A stretch of 64,000 bases of DNA, from NCBI RefSeq assembly GCF_009914755.1, contig NC_060939.1, one strand, 5' to 3'. A program made the position numbers and the translations under genes. The notes under the pieces are model-generated. The model ran no database searches. It worked only from the letters and a program-made list of their open reading frames with translations, and was not told the DNA's origin. How positions within the stretch are numbered: position 1 is the first letter of the stretch; each line of letters begins with the position of its first letter. This stretch comes from the human T2T-CHM13v2.0 reference genome, Homo sapiens. Of this stretch, positions 41,662 through 55,366 are shown one piece after another.

Positions 41662-43430
41662 GGTACCATTCCATATTGTTCCATTCGATTCCATTCGAAT
41701 CCATTCCATTCCAGTCCATTCCATTCGATTCCGTTCCATTCGAATCGATTGCATTGCAATGCATTACATTCGAGTCCGTTTTATTCCAGTCCAATCCATT
41801 CCGGTCCATTCCGTTCGATTCCATTCCATTCGATGCCACTCCATACTATTGTATTTCATTCGATTCCATTCTATTCAAATAAATTCCATTCGAGACCATT
41901 CCTTTCATGTCCATTCTATTTGAGTCCATTCCATTCGAGTCCATTATATTTGGGTCCATTCCATGCAATTCCATTGCAATCCATTCCATTCGATGTCACT
42001 CCATTCATTTCTATTCCATTAGAGTCCATGTCATTCGAGTCCATTCCATTCTATTCTATTCCACTCCATTCCATTCCATTCCACTCCATTCCATTCGTTG
42101 CCGTTCCATTCAATTCTATTATATTCCACTCCATTTAATTCCATTCCATTCCATTCCATTCTATTCCATTCTGTCCAATACCGTTCCATTCTATTCCTTT
42201 AAAGTCCATTCCATTCCATTCCATTCGTTTCCATTCCATTCGGGTAAAGTCCACTCCAGTCCTTTCCATTCGAGTCCATTCCTCTCCAGTCCATTCCGTT
42301 CAATCCATTCCATTCCAGTCCATTCCATTCGAGTCCGTTCCATTCCAGTCCATTCCATTCGAGTCAATTCCATTCCATTCGATATCTTTCCATAACGATC
42401 CATTCCATTCTATTCCTGTCGATTCCATTCAATTCCATTCCATTCTATTTCATTCCATTCGATTCCCTTCCATTGGACTCCTTTCCATTCGAGTGCATTC
42501 CATTCCGTTCCATTTCTTTCTGTTCTGTATGATTCCTACCGTTCGATTTCATTTTGTTCCAGTCTATTCCTTTCACGTCCATTCCATTCCATTTCACTCC
42601 ATTCGATTCCATTCCACTCGATTCCCCTCCGTTCCATTTCATTGCATTCCATTCTATTCAATTCTATTGCATTCCATTCCATTCCATTTGATTACATTCC
42701 ATGCGATTCCATTCGAATTCGAATCAATTACATTGAAATCCATTACTATTGAGTCCGTTTTACTCCAGTCCACTCCATTCTGCTCCATTCCATTTGATTC
42801 CATTCCATTCTATTCCATTCCCTACAGTTGCATTCCATTGGAGTCCATTCTATATCTATAAATGCAACTCGAGACCATTGCTTTTGAGTCCATTCTATAT
42901 GATTCCATTCCATTCAAGTCCATTACATTTGGTTCAATTCCATTCCATTCCATTCCCTTCCATTCCATTCCATTTGATATCAATCCATTCGATTCCATTC
43001 CATTCGAGCACATTCCAATCGAGTCCATTCCATTCGATGCCATTCCATTTGATTCTATTCCATTAGACTCCATTCAATTCCATTAATCTCCATTCCATTC
43101 CATTCTACTCCAACTGATTCCATTCCATTCTATTCCTTTCCATTCCATTCCATTCCATTCGCTTCCATTCCATTCGTTTCCATTCCACTCCAGTCCATTC
43201 CATTCGTGTCCATTCCATTCCAGTCCATTCCATTTGTGTCCACTGCATTCCATTCCACTCCATTCCATATTATTCCATTACACTCCATTCCATTCTATTA
43301 CTTTCATTTCCATTCAGTTCCATTCCATTTGATTCCATTCCACTCGGTTTCACTCCATTTGAGTCCATTCCATTCCATTCCATTCCATTCTGTTCCATTC
43401 CATTCCATTCCATTCCATTCCATTCCATTC
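41662..43430 (+). repeat. Internally deleted B unit (1769 bp, KpnI to KpnI)
   Basis: The junction at ~41715-41732 joins post-KpnI sequence (CCAGTCCATTCCATTCGATTCC) directly to GTTCCATTCGAATCGATTGC, which lies ~1.7 kb further on in intact units. Confidence 0.88.
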
Positions 43431-46400
43431 GGTACCATTCCATATTGTTCCATTCGATTCCATTCGAATCCATTCCATTCCAGTCCATTCCATTCGATTC
43501 CATTCCATTCCTTTCAATTCCATTCCATTCCATTCGATTCCACTTGATTCCACTCCATTCCCTTCCACTGCATTCCATTCGATTCCATTCCATTGCATTG
43601 CATTCCATTCCATTGGATTGCATTCCATTCGATTCCATTCCATTCGAATCAATTACATAGCAATCCATTACATTCGAGTCTGTTCTATTCCGTTGCACTC
43701 GATTTCGTTCCAATCCATTCGATTCCATTCCATTCGATTCCATTCCATACTATTGCATTCCATTCGATTAAGTTATATTCGAATAAACTCCATTCAAGAC
43801 CATGTCTGTTGAGTCCATTCTACTTGAGTCCATTCCCTTTGATTCCATAACATTTGAGTCCATTCAATTCCATTCCTTTCGTTTCCATTCCATTTGATGC
43901 CATTCCATTCAATTCTGTTCTACTCGACTCCAATACATTCAATTCCATTCCATCCGATTCCATTACATTCTTTTCATTTCTTATCCATTTCAAGCCATTC
44001 CATTCCATTCCATTCCACTCGTTTCCTTTCCATTCGAGTCCATTCCACTCCAGTCCATTCCATTCGAATCCATTTCACTCCAGTCCATTCCATTCGAATC
44101 CGTTTCACTCCAGTCCATTAAATTCGAGTACATTCCATTCCATTCTATTCAATGCCATTCCATTCGATTCTATTCCATTCGACACCATTCCTTTCCATTC
44201 CGTTCCATCCGATTCCATTCCATTGCATTCCATTCGTTTCCATTCCATTCGAATTCATTCCACTCAAGTCCATTCCATTCGAGTCCATTCCATTCGATAT
44301 CATTCCATACTATTGCATTCCATTCGATTCCATTGTTTTCGAATAAATTCCAACCGAGACCATTCCTTTTGTGTCCTTTCTATTTGACTGCATTCCATTT
44401 GAGTCCATTAAATTTCTGCACATTCCATTCCTTTCCATTCCATTCCATTCCATTCCTTTCGGTGCCATTCCATTCCACTCTACTCCATTCAAGTCCATTC
44501 CATTTGAGTCCATTCCATTGATTCGATGCCATTACATTCAATTCTATTCCATTCGAATCCATTCCATTCCATTTCCTTCCAAACGTTTCCATTCCATTCT
44601 ATTACTTTCTATTCCAATCCATTCCATTCCGTTCCATTCGTTTCCAATCCATTCGAGTCCACTCCATTCCAGTCCATTCCGTTCGATTCCATTCCATTCC
44701 AGTCCATTCCATTCAAGTCCATTCCACGGCATTCCATTCCATTCGATATATTTTGATAACACCCCATTCCATTCTGCTCCTTACAATTCAATTCAATTCC
44801 AGTCCAGTTGATTCCATTCCATTTGATTACATTCCATTCGACTCCATTCCATTCGACTCTATTCCATTCGAGTACATTCCATTCCATTCCATTGCATTCC
44901 GTTCGAATCCCTATTCCATTCCATTTTGTTACTGTCCATTCCATTTGAGTCCATTCCATGCCAAACCATTCCATTCGATTCCATTCCAATAGATTCCATT
45001 GCACTCGAATCCAGTGCGTTCCATTCCATTGCTTTCCATTCTATTACATTCCATTGCATTACATTCCATTCCATTTGATTGCATTCCATTCAATTCCATT
45101 AATTTCGAATCAATTACATTGCAATCCATTGCATTAGAGTTCTATTCCAGTCCATTGCATTCTGGCGCATTCCGTTCCATTCCATTCCATTCGATTCCGT
45201 TCCATTCGAATCGATTGCATTGCAATGCTTTACATTTGAGTCCGTTTTATTCCAGTCCAATCCATTCCGGTCCATTCCGTTCGATTCCATTCCATTCGAT
45301 GCCACTCCGTACTATTGTATTTCATTCGATTCCATTCTATTCAAATAAATTCCATTCGAGACCATTCCTTTCATGTCCATTCTATTTGAGTCCATTCCAT
45401 TCGAGTCCATTATATTTGGGTCCATTCCATTCAATTCCATTGCAATCGATTCCATTCGATGTCACTCCATTCATTTCTATTCCATTAGAGTCCATGTCAT
45501 TCGAGTCCATTCCATTCTATTCTATTCCACTCCATTCCATTCCACTCCATTCCATTCGTTGCCGTTCCATTCAATTCTATTATATTCCACTCCATTTAAT
45601 TCCATTCCATTCCATTCCATTCTATTCCATTCTATCCAATTCCGTTCCATTCTATTCCTTTAAAGTCCATTCCATTCCATTCCATTCGTTTCCATTCCAT
45701 TCGAGTAAAGTCCAATCCAGTCCTTTCCATTCGAGTCCATTCCTCTCCAGTCCATTCCGTTCAATCCATTCCATTCCAGTCCATTCCATTCCAGTCCGTT
45801 CCATTCCAGTCCATTCCATTCGAGTCAATTCCATTCCATTCGATATCTTTCCATAACGATCCATTCCATTCTATTCCTTTCGATTCCATTCAATTCCATT
45901 CCATTCTATTTCATTCCATTCGATTCCCGTCCATTGGACTCCTTTCCATTCGAGTGCATTCCATTGCGTTCCATTTCTTTCTGTTCTGTATGATTCCTAC
46001 CGTTCGATTTCATTTTGTTCCAGTCTATTCCTTTCACATCCATTCCATTCCATTTCACTCCATTCGATTCCATTCCACTCGATTCCCCTCCGTTCCATTT
46101 CATTGCATTCCATTCTATTCAATTCTATTGCATTCCATTCCATTCCATTTGATTACATTCCATGCGATTCCATTCGAATTCGAATCAATTACATTGAAAT
46201 CCATTACTATTGAGTCCGTTTTACTCCAGTCCACTCCATTCTGCTCCATTCCATTTGATTCCATTCCATTCTATTCCATTCCATACAGTTGCATTCCATT
46301 GGAGTCCATTCTATATCTATAAATGCAACTCGAGACCATTGCTTTTGAGTCCATTCTATATGATTCCATTCCATTCAAGTCCATTACATTTGGTTCAATT

Positions 46401-49400
46401 CCATTCCATTCCATTCCCTTCCATTCCATTCCATTTGATATCAATCCATTCGATTCCATTCCATTCGAGCACATTCCAATCGAGTCCATTCCATTCGATG
46501 CCATTCCATTTGATTCTATTCCATTAGACTCCATTCAATTCCATTAATCTCCATTCCATTCCATTCTACTCCAACTGATTCCATTCCATTCTATTCCTTT
46601 CCATTCCATTCCATTCCATTCGCTTCCATTCCATTCGTTTCCATTCCACTCCAGTCCATTCCATTCGTGTCCATTCCATTCCAGTCCATTCCATTTGTGT
46701 CCACTGCATTCCATTCCACACCATTCCATATTATTCCATTACACTCCATTCCATTCTATTACTTTCATTTCCATTCAGTTCCATTCCATTTGATTCCATT
46801 CCACTCGGTTTCAATCCATTTGAGTCCATTCCATTCCATTCCATTCCATTCTGTTCCATTCCATTCCATTCCATTCCATTCCATTCCATTCGGTACCATT
46901 CCATATTGTTCCATTCGATTCCATTCGAATCCATTCCATTCCAGTCCATTCCATTCGATTTCATTCCATTCCTTTCAATTCCATTCCATTCCATTCGATT
47001 CCACTTGATTCCACTCCATTCCCTTCCACTGCATTCCATTCGATTCCATTCCATTGCATTGCATTCCATTCCATTGGATTGCATTCCATTCGATTCCATT
47101 CCATTCGAATCAATTACATAGCAATCCATTACATTCGAGTCTGTTCTATTCCGTTGCACTCGATTTCGTTCCAATCCATTCGATTCCATTCCATTCGATT
47201 CCATTCCATACTATTGCATTCCATTCGATTAAGTTATATTCGAATAAACTCCATTCAAGACCATGTCTGTTGAGTCCATTCTACTTGAGTCCATTCCCTT
47301 TGATTCCATAACATTTGAGTCCATTCAATTCCATTCCTTTCGTTTCCATTCCATTTGATGCCATTCCATTCAATTCTGTTCTACTCGACTCCAATACATT
47401 CAATTCCATTCCATCCGATTCCATTACATTCTTTTCATTTCTTATCCATTTCAAGCCATTCCATTCCATTCCATTCCACTCGTTTCCTTTCCATTCGAGT
47501 CCATTCCACTCCAGTCCATTCCATTCGAATCCATTTCACTCCAGTCCATTCCATTCGAATCCGTTTCACTCCAGTCCATTAAATTCGAGTACATTCCATT
47601 CCATTCTATTCAATGCCATTCCATTCGATTCTATTCCATTCGACACCATTCCTTTCCATTCCGTTCCATCCGATTCCATTCCATTGCATTCCATTCGTTT
47701 CCATTCCATTCGAATTCATTCCACTCAAGTCCATTCCATTCGAGTCCATTCCATTCGATATCATTCCACACTATTGCATTCCATTCGATTCCATTGTTTT
47801 CGAATAAATTCCAACCGAGACCATTCCTTTTGTGTCCTTTCTATTTGACTGCATTCCATTTGAGTCCATTAAATTTCTGCACATTCCATTCCTTTCCATT
47901 CCATTCCATTCCATTCCTTTCGGTGCCATTCCATTCCACTCTACTCCATTCAAGTCCATTCCATTTGAGTCCATTCCATTGATTCGATGCCATTACATTC
48001 AATTCTATTCCATTCGAATCCATTCCATTCCATTTCCTTCCAAACGATTCCATTACATTCTATTACTTTCTATTCCAATCCATTCCATTCCGTTCCATTC
48101 GTTTCCATTCCATTCGAGTCCACTCCATTCCAGTCCATTCCATTCGATTCCATTCCATTCCAGTCCATTCCATTCAAGTCCATTCCACTGCATTCCACTC
48201 CATTCGATATCTTTTATTAACACCCCATTCCATTCTGCTCCTTACAATTCAATTCAATTCCAGTCCATTTGATTCCATTCCATTTGATTACATTCCATTC
48301 GACGCCATTCCATTCGACTCTATTCCATTCGAGTCCATTCCATTCCATTCCATTGCATTCCGTTCGAATCCCTATTCCATTCCATTTTGTTACTGTCCAT
48401 TCCATTTGAGTCCATTCCATGCCAAACCATTCCATTCGATTCCATTCCAATAGATTCCATTGCACTCGAATCCAGTGCGTTCCATTCCATTGCTTTCCAT
48501 TCCATTACATTCCATTGCATTACATTCCATTCCATTTGATTGCATTCCATTCAATTCCATTAATTTCGAATCAATTACATTGCAATCCATTGCATTAGAG
48601 TTCTATTCCAGTCCATTGCATTCTGGCGCATTCCGTTCCATTCCATTCCATTCGATTCCGTTCCATTCGAATCGATTGCATTGCAATGCTTTACATTCGA
48701 GTCCGTTTTATTCCAGTCCAATCCATTCCGGTCCATTCCGTTCGATTCCATTCCATTCGATGCCACTCCATACTATTGTATTTCATTTGATTCCATTCTA
48801 TTCAAATAAATTCCATTCGAGACCATTCCTTTCGAGTCCATTCTATTTGAGTCCATTCCATTCGAGTACATTATATTTGGGTCCATTCCATTCAATTCCA
48901 TTGCAATAGATTCCATTCGATGTCACTCCATTCATTTCTATTCCATTAGAGTCCATGTCATTCGAGTCCATTCCATTCTATTCTATTCCACTCCATTCCA
49001 TTCCATTCCACTCCATTCCATTCGTTGCCGTTCCATTCAATTCTATTATATTCCACTCCATTTAATTCCATTCCATTCCATTCCATTCTATTCCATTCTA
49101 TCCAATTCCGTTCCATTCTATTCCTTTAAAGTCCATTCCATTCCATTCCATTCGTTTCCATTCCATTCGAGTAAAGTCCACTCCAGTCCTTTCCATTCGA
49201 GTCCATTCCTCTCCAGTCCATTCCGTTCAATCCATTCCATTCCAGTCCATTCCATTCGAGTCCGTTCCATTCCAGTCCATTCCATTCGAGTCAATTCCAT
49301 TCCATTCGATATCTTTCCATAACGATCCATTCCATTCTATTCCTTTCGATTCCATTCAATTCCATTCCATTCTATTTCATTCCATTCGATTCCCTTCCAT

Positions 49401-52400
49401 TGGACTCCTTTCCATTCGAGTGCATTCCATTCCGTTCCATTTCTTTCTGTTCTGTATGATTCCTACCTTTCGATTTCATTTTGTTCCAGTCTATTCCTTT
49501 CACGTCCATTCCATTCCATTTCTCTCCATTCGATTCCATTCCACTCGATTCCCCTCCGTTCCATTTCATTGCATTCCATTCTATTCAATTCTATTGCATT
49601 CCATTCCATTCCATTTGATTACATTCCATGCGATTCCATTCGAATTCGAATCAATTACATTGAAATCCATTACTATTGAGTCCGTTTTACTCCAGTCCAC
49701 TCCATTCTGCTCCATTCCATTTGATTCCATTCCATTCTATTCCATTCCGTACAGTTGCATTCCATTGGATTCCATTCTATATCTATAAATGCAACTCGAG
49801 ACCATTGCTTTTGAGTCCATTCTATATGATTCCATTCCATTCAAGTCCATTACATTTGGTTCAATTCCATTCCATTCCATTCCCTTCCATTCCATTCCAT
49901 TTGATATCAATCCATTCGATTCCATTCCATTCGAGCACATTCCAATCGAGTCCATTCCATTCGATGCCATACCATTTGATTCTATTCCATTAGACTCCAT
50001 TCAATTCCATTAATCTCCATTCCATTCCATTCTACTCCAACTGATTCCATTCCATTCTATTCCTTTCCATTCCATTCCATTCCATTCGCTTCTATTCCAT
50101 TCGTGTCCATTCCATTCCAGTCCATTCCATTTGTGTCCACTGCATTCCATTCCACTCCATTCCATATTATTCCATTACACTCCATTCCATTCTATTACTT
50201 TCATTTCCATTCAGTTCCATTCCATTTGATTCCATTCCACTCGGTTTCACTCCACTTGAGTCCATTCCATTCCATTCCATTCCATTCTGTTCCATTCCAT
50301 TCCATTCCATTCCATTCCATTCCATTCGGTACCATTCCATATTGTTCCATTCGATTCCATTCGAATCCATTCCATTCCAGTCCATTCCATTCGATTCCAT
50401 TCCATTCCTTTCAATTCCATTCTATTCCATTCGATTCCACTTGATTCCACTCCATTCCCTTCCACTGCATTCCATTCGATTCCATTCCATTGCATTGCAT
50501 TCCATTCCATTGGATTGCATTCCATTCGATTCCATTCCATTCGAATCAATTACATAGCAATCCATTACATTCGAGTCTGTTCTATTCCGTTGCACTCGAT
50601 TTCGTTCCAATCCATTCGATTCCATTCCATTCGATTCCATTCCATACTATTGCATTCCATTCGATTAAATTATATTCGAATAAATTCCATTCAAGACCAT
50701 TTCTGTTGAGTCCATTCTACTTGAGTCCATTCCCTTTGATTCCATAACATTGGAGTCCATTCAATTCCATTCCTTTCGTTTCCATTCCATTTGATGCCAT
50801 TCCATTCAATTCTGTTCTACTCGACTCCAATACATTCAATTCCATTCCATCCGATTCCATTACATTCTTTTCATTTCTTATCCATTTCAAGCCATTCCAG
50901 TCCATTCCATTCCACTCGTTTCCTTTCCATTCGAGTCCATTCCACTCCAGTCCATTCCATTCGAATCCATTTCACTCCAGTCCATTCCATTCGAATCCGT
51001 TTCACTCCAGTCCATTAAATTCGAGTACATTCCATTACATTCTATTCAATGCCATTCCATTCGATTCTATTCCATTCGACACCATTCCTTTCCATTCCGT
51101 TCCATCCGATTCCATTCCATTGTATTCCATTCCATTGCATTCCATTACATTCCATTCGTTTCCATTCCATTCGAATTCATTCCACTCAAGTCCATTCCAT
51201 TCGAGTCCATTCCATTCGATATCATTCCATACTATTGCATTCCATTCGATTCCATTGTTTTCGAATAAATTCCAACCGAGACCATTCCTTTTGTGTCCTT
51301 TCTATTTGACTGCATTCCATTTGAGTCCATTAAATTTCTGCACATTCCATTCCTTTCCATTCCATTCCATTCCATTCCTTTCGTAGCCATTCCATTCCAC
51401 TCTACTCCATTCAAGTCCATTCCATTTGAGTCCATTCCATTGATTCGATGCCATTACATTCAATTCTATTCCATTCGAATCCATTCCTTTCCATTTCCTT
51501 CCAAACGATTCCATTCCATTCTATTACTTTCTATTCCAATCCATTCCATTCCATTCCATTCGTTTCCATTCCATTCGAGTCCACTCCATTCCATTCCATT
51601 CCATTCGATTCCATTCCATTCCAGTCCATTCCATTCAAGTCCATTCCACTCCATTCCATTCCATTCGATATCTTTGATAACACCCCATTCCATTCTGCTC
51701 CTTACAATTCAATTCAATTCCAGTCCATTTGATTCCATTCCATTTGATTACATTCCATTCGACTCCATTCCATTCGACTCTATTCCATTCGAGTCCATTC
51801 CATTCCATTCCATTGCATTCCGTTCGAATCCCTATTCCATTCCATTTTGTTACTGTCCATTCCATTGGAGTCCATTCCATGCCAAACCATTCCATTCGAT
51901 TCCATTCCAATAGGTTCAATTGCACTCGAATCCAGTGCGTTCCATTCCATTGCTTTCCATTCTATTACATTCCATTGCATTACATTCCATTCCATTTGAT
52001 TGCATTCCATTCAATTCCATTAACTTCGAATCAATTACATTGCAAACCATTGCATTAGAGTTCTATTCCAGTCCATTGCATTCCGGCGCATTCCGTTCCA
52101 TTCCATTCCATTCGATTCCGTTCCATTCGAATCGATTGCATTGCAATGCTTTACATTCGAGTCCGTTTTATTCCAGTCCAATCCATTCCGTTCCATTCCG
52201 TTCGATTCCATTCCATTCGATGCCACTCCATACTATTGTATTTCATTCGATTCCATTCTATTCAAATAAATTCCATTCGAGACCATTCCTTTCGAGTCCA
52301 TTCTATTTGAGTCCATTCCATTCGAGTCCATTATATTTGGGTCCATTCCATTCAATTCCATTGCAATCGATTCCATTCGATGTCACTCCATTCATTTCTA

Positions 52401-53832
52401 TTCCATTAGAGTCCATGTCATTCGAGTTCATTCCATTCTATTCTATTCCACTCCATTCCATTCCATTCCATTCCACTCCATTCCATTCGTTGCCGTTCCA
52501 TTCAATTCTATTATATTCCACTCCATTTAATTCCATTCCATTCCATTCCATTCCATTCCATTCCATTCTATCCAATTCCGTTCCATTCTATTCCTTTAAA
52601 GTCCATTCCATTCCATTCTATTCGTTTCCATTCCATTCGAGTAAAGTCCACTCCACTCCTTTCCATTCGATTCCATTCCTCTCCAGTCCATTCCGATCAA
52701 TCCATTCCATTCCAGTCCATTCCATTCAAGTCCGTTCCATTCCAGTCCATTCCATTCGAGTCAATTCCATTCCATTCGATATCTTTCCATAACGATCCAT
52801 TCCATTCTATTCCTTTCAATTCCATTCAATTCCATTCCATTCTATTTCATTCCATTCGATTCCCTTCCATTGGACTCCTTTCCATTCGAGTGCATTCCAT
52901 TCCGTTCCATTTCTTTCTGTTCTGTATGATTCCTACCTTTCAATTTCATTTTTTTCCAGTCTATTCCTTTCACGTCCATTCCATTCCATTTCACTCCATT
53001 CAATTCCATTCCACTCGATTCCCCTCCGTTCCATTTCATTGCATTCCATTCTATTCAATTCTATTGCATTCCATTCCATTCCATTTGATTACATGCCATG
53101 CGATTCCATTCGAATTTGAATCAATTACATTGAAATCCATTACTATTGAGTCCGTTTTACTCCAGTCCACTCCATTCTGCTCCATTCCATTTGATTCCAT
53201 TCCATTCTATTCCATTCCGTACAGTTGCATTCCATTGGAGTCCATTCTATATCTATAAATGCAACTCGAGACCATTGCTTTTGAGTCCATTCTATATGAT
53301 TCCATTCCATTCAAGTCCATTACATTTGGTTCAATTCCATTCCATTCCATTCCCTTCCATTCCATTCCATTTGATATCAATCCATTCGATTCCATTCCAT
53401 TCGAGCACATTCCAATCGAGTCCATTCCATTTGATGCCATTCCATTTGATTCTATTCCATTAGACTCCATTCAATTCCATTAATCTCCATTCCATTCCAT
53501 TCTACTCCAACTGATTCCATTCCATTCTATTCCTTTCCATTCCATTCCATTCCATTCGCTTCTATTCCATTCGTGTCCATTCCACTCCACTCCATTCCAT
53601 TCGTGTCCATTCCATTCCAGTCCATTCCATTTGTGTCCACTGCATTCCATTCCACTCCATTCCATATTATTCCATTACACTCCATTCCATTCTTTTACTT
53701 TCATTTGCATTCAGTTCCATTCCATTTGATTCCATTCCACTCGGTTTCACTCCATTTGAGTCCATTCCATTCCATTCCATTCCATTCTGTTCCATTCCAT
53801 TCCATTCCATTCCATTCCATTCCATTCCATTC

Positions 53833-55366
53833 GGTACCATTCCATACTGTTCCATTCGATTCCATTCGAATCCATTCCATTCCAGTCCATTCCATTCGAT
53901 TCCATTCCATTCCTTTCAATTCCATTCCATTCCATTCGATTCCACTTGATTCCACTCCATTCCATTCCACTGCATTCCATTCGATTCCATTCCATTGCAT
54001 TGCATTCCATTCCATTGGATTGCATTCCATTCGATTCCATTCCATTCTATCCAATTCCGTTCCATTCTATTCCTTTAAAGTCCATTCCATTCCATTCCAT
54101 TCGTTTCCATTCCATTCGAGTAAAGTCCACTCCAGTCCTTTCCATTCGAGTCCATTCCTCTCCAGTCCATTCCGTTCAATCCATTCCATTCCAGTCCATT
54201 CCATTCGAGTCCGTTCCACTCCAGTCCATTCCATTCGAGTCAATTCCATTCCATTCGATGTCTTTCCATAACGATCCATTCCATTCTATTCCTTTCGATT
54301 CCATTCAGTTCTATTTCATTCCATTCGATTCCCTTCCATTGGACTGCTTTCCATTCGAGTGCATTCCATTCCGTTCCATTTCTTTCCGTTCTGTACGATT
54401 CCTACCGTTCGATTTCATTTTGTTCCAGTCCATTCCTTTCGCGTCCATTCCATTCCATTTCACTCCATTCGATTCCATTCCATTCGATTCCATTCCACTC
54501 GATTCCACTTCGTTCCATTTCATTGCATTCCATTCTATTCAACTCTATTTCCTTCCATTCCATTCCATTCGATTACATTCCATGCGATTCCATTCGACAT
54601 CGAATCAATTACATTGCAATCCATTACTATTGAGTCCGTTTTATTCCAGTCCACTGCATTCTGGTCCATTCCATTTGATTCCATTCCATTCTATTCCATT
54701 CCATACAGTTGCATTCCATAGGATTCCATTCTATATCTATAAATTCAATTCGAGACCATTGCTTTGGAGTCCATTCTATATGATTCCATTCCATTCATGT
54801 CCATTACATTTGGGTCCATTCCATTCCATTCCATTAACTTCCATTCCATTCCATTTGATATCAATCCATTCGATTCCATTCCATTCGAGCACATTCCATT
54901 CGAGTCCATTCCATTCGATGCCATTCCATTTGATTCTATTCCATTAGTCTCCATTCAATTCCATTAATCTCCATTCCATTCCATTCTACTCCAACTGATT
55001 CAATTCCATTATATTCCTTTCCATTCCATTTCATTCCATTAGGTTCTATTTCATTCCATTTCATTCCATTCCATTCCATTTCATTCCATTCCATTCCATT
55101 CGCTTCCATTCCTTTCGTGTCCATTCCACTCCAGTCCATTCCATTCGTATGCATTCCATTCCAGTCCATTCCATTTGTGTCCACTGCATTCCATTCCACT
55201 CCATTCCATATTATTCCATTACACTCCATTCCATTCTATTACTTTCATTTGCATTCAGTTCCATTCCATTTGATTCCATTCCACTCGGTTTCACTCCATT
55301 TGAGTCCATTCCATTCCATTCCATTCCATTCTGTTCCATTCCATTCCATTCCATTCCATTCCATTC
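53833..55366 (+). repeat. Internally deleted, A/B-mosaic unit (1534 bp, KpnI to KpnI)
   Basis: The junction at ~54034-54047 joins GGATTGCATTCCATTCGATTCCATTCCATTC to TATCCAATTCCGTT...CCTTTAAAG. Sequence downstream carries domain A-type variants. Confidence 0.85.
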
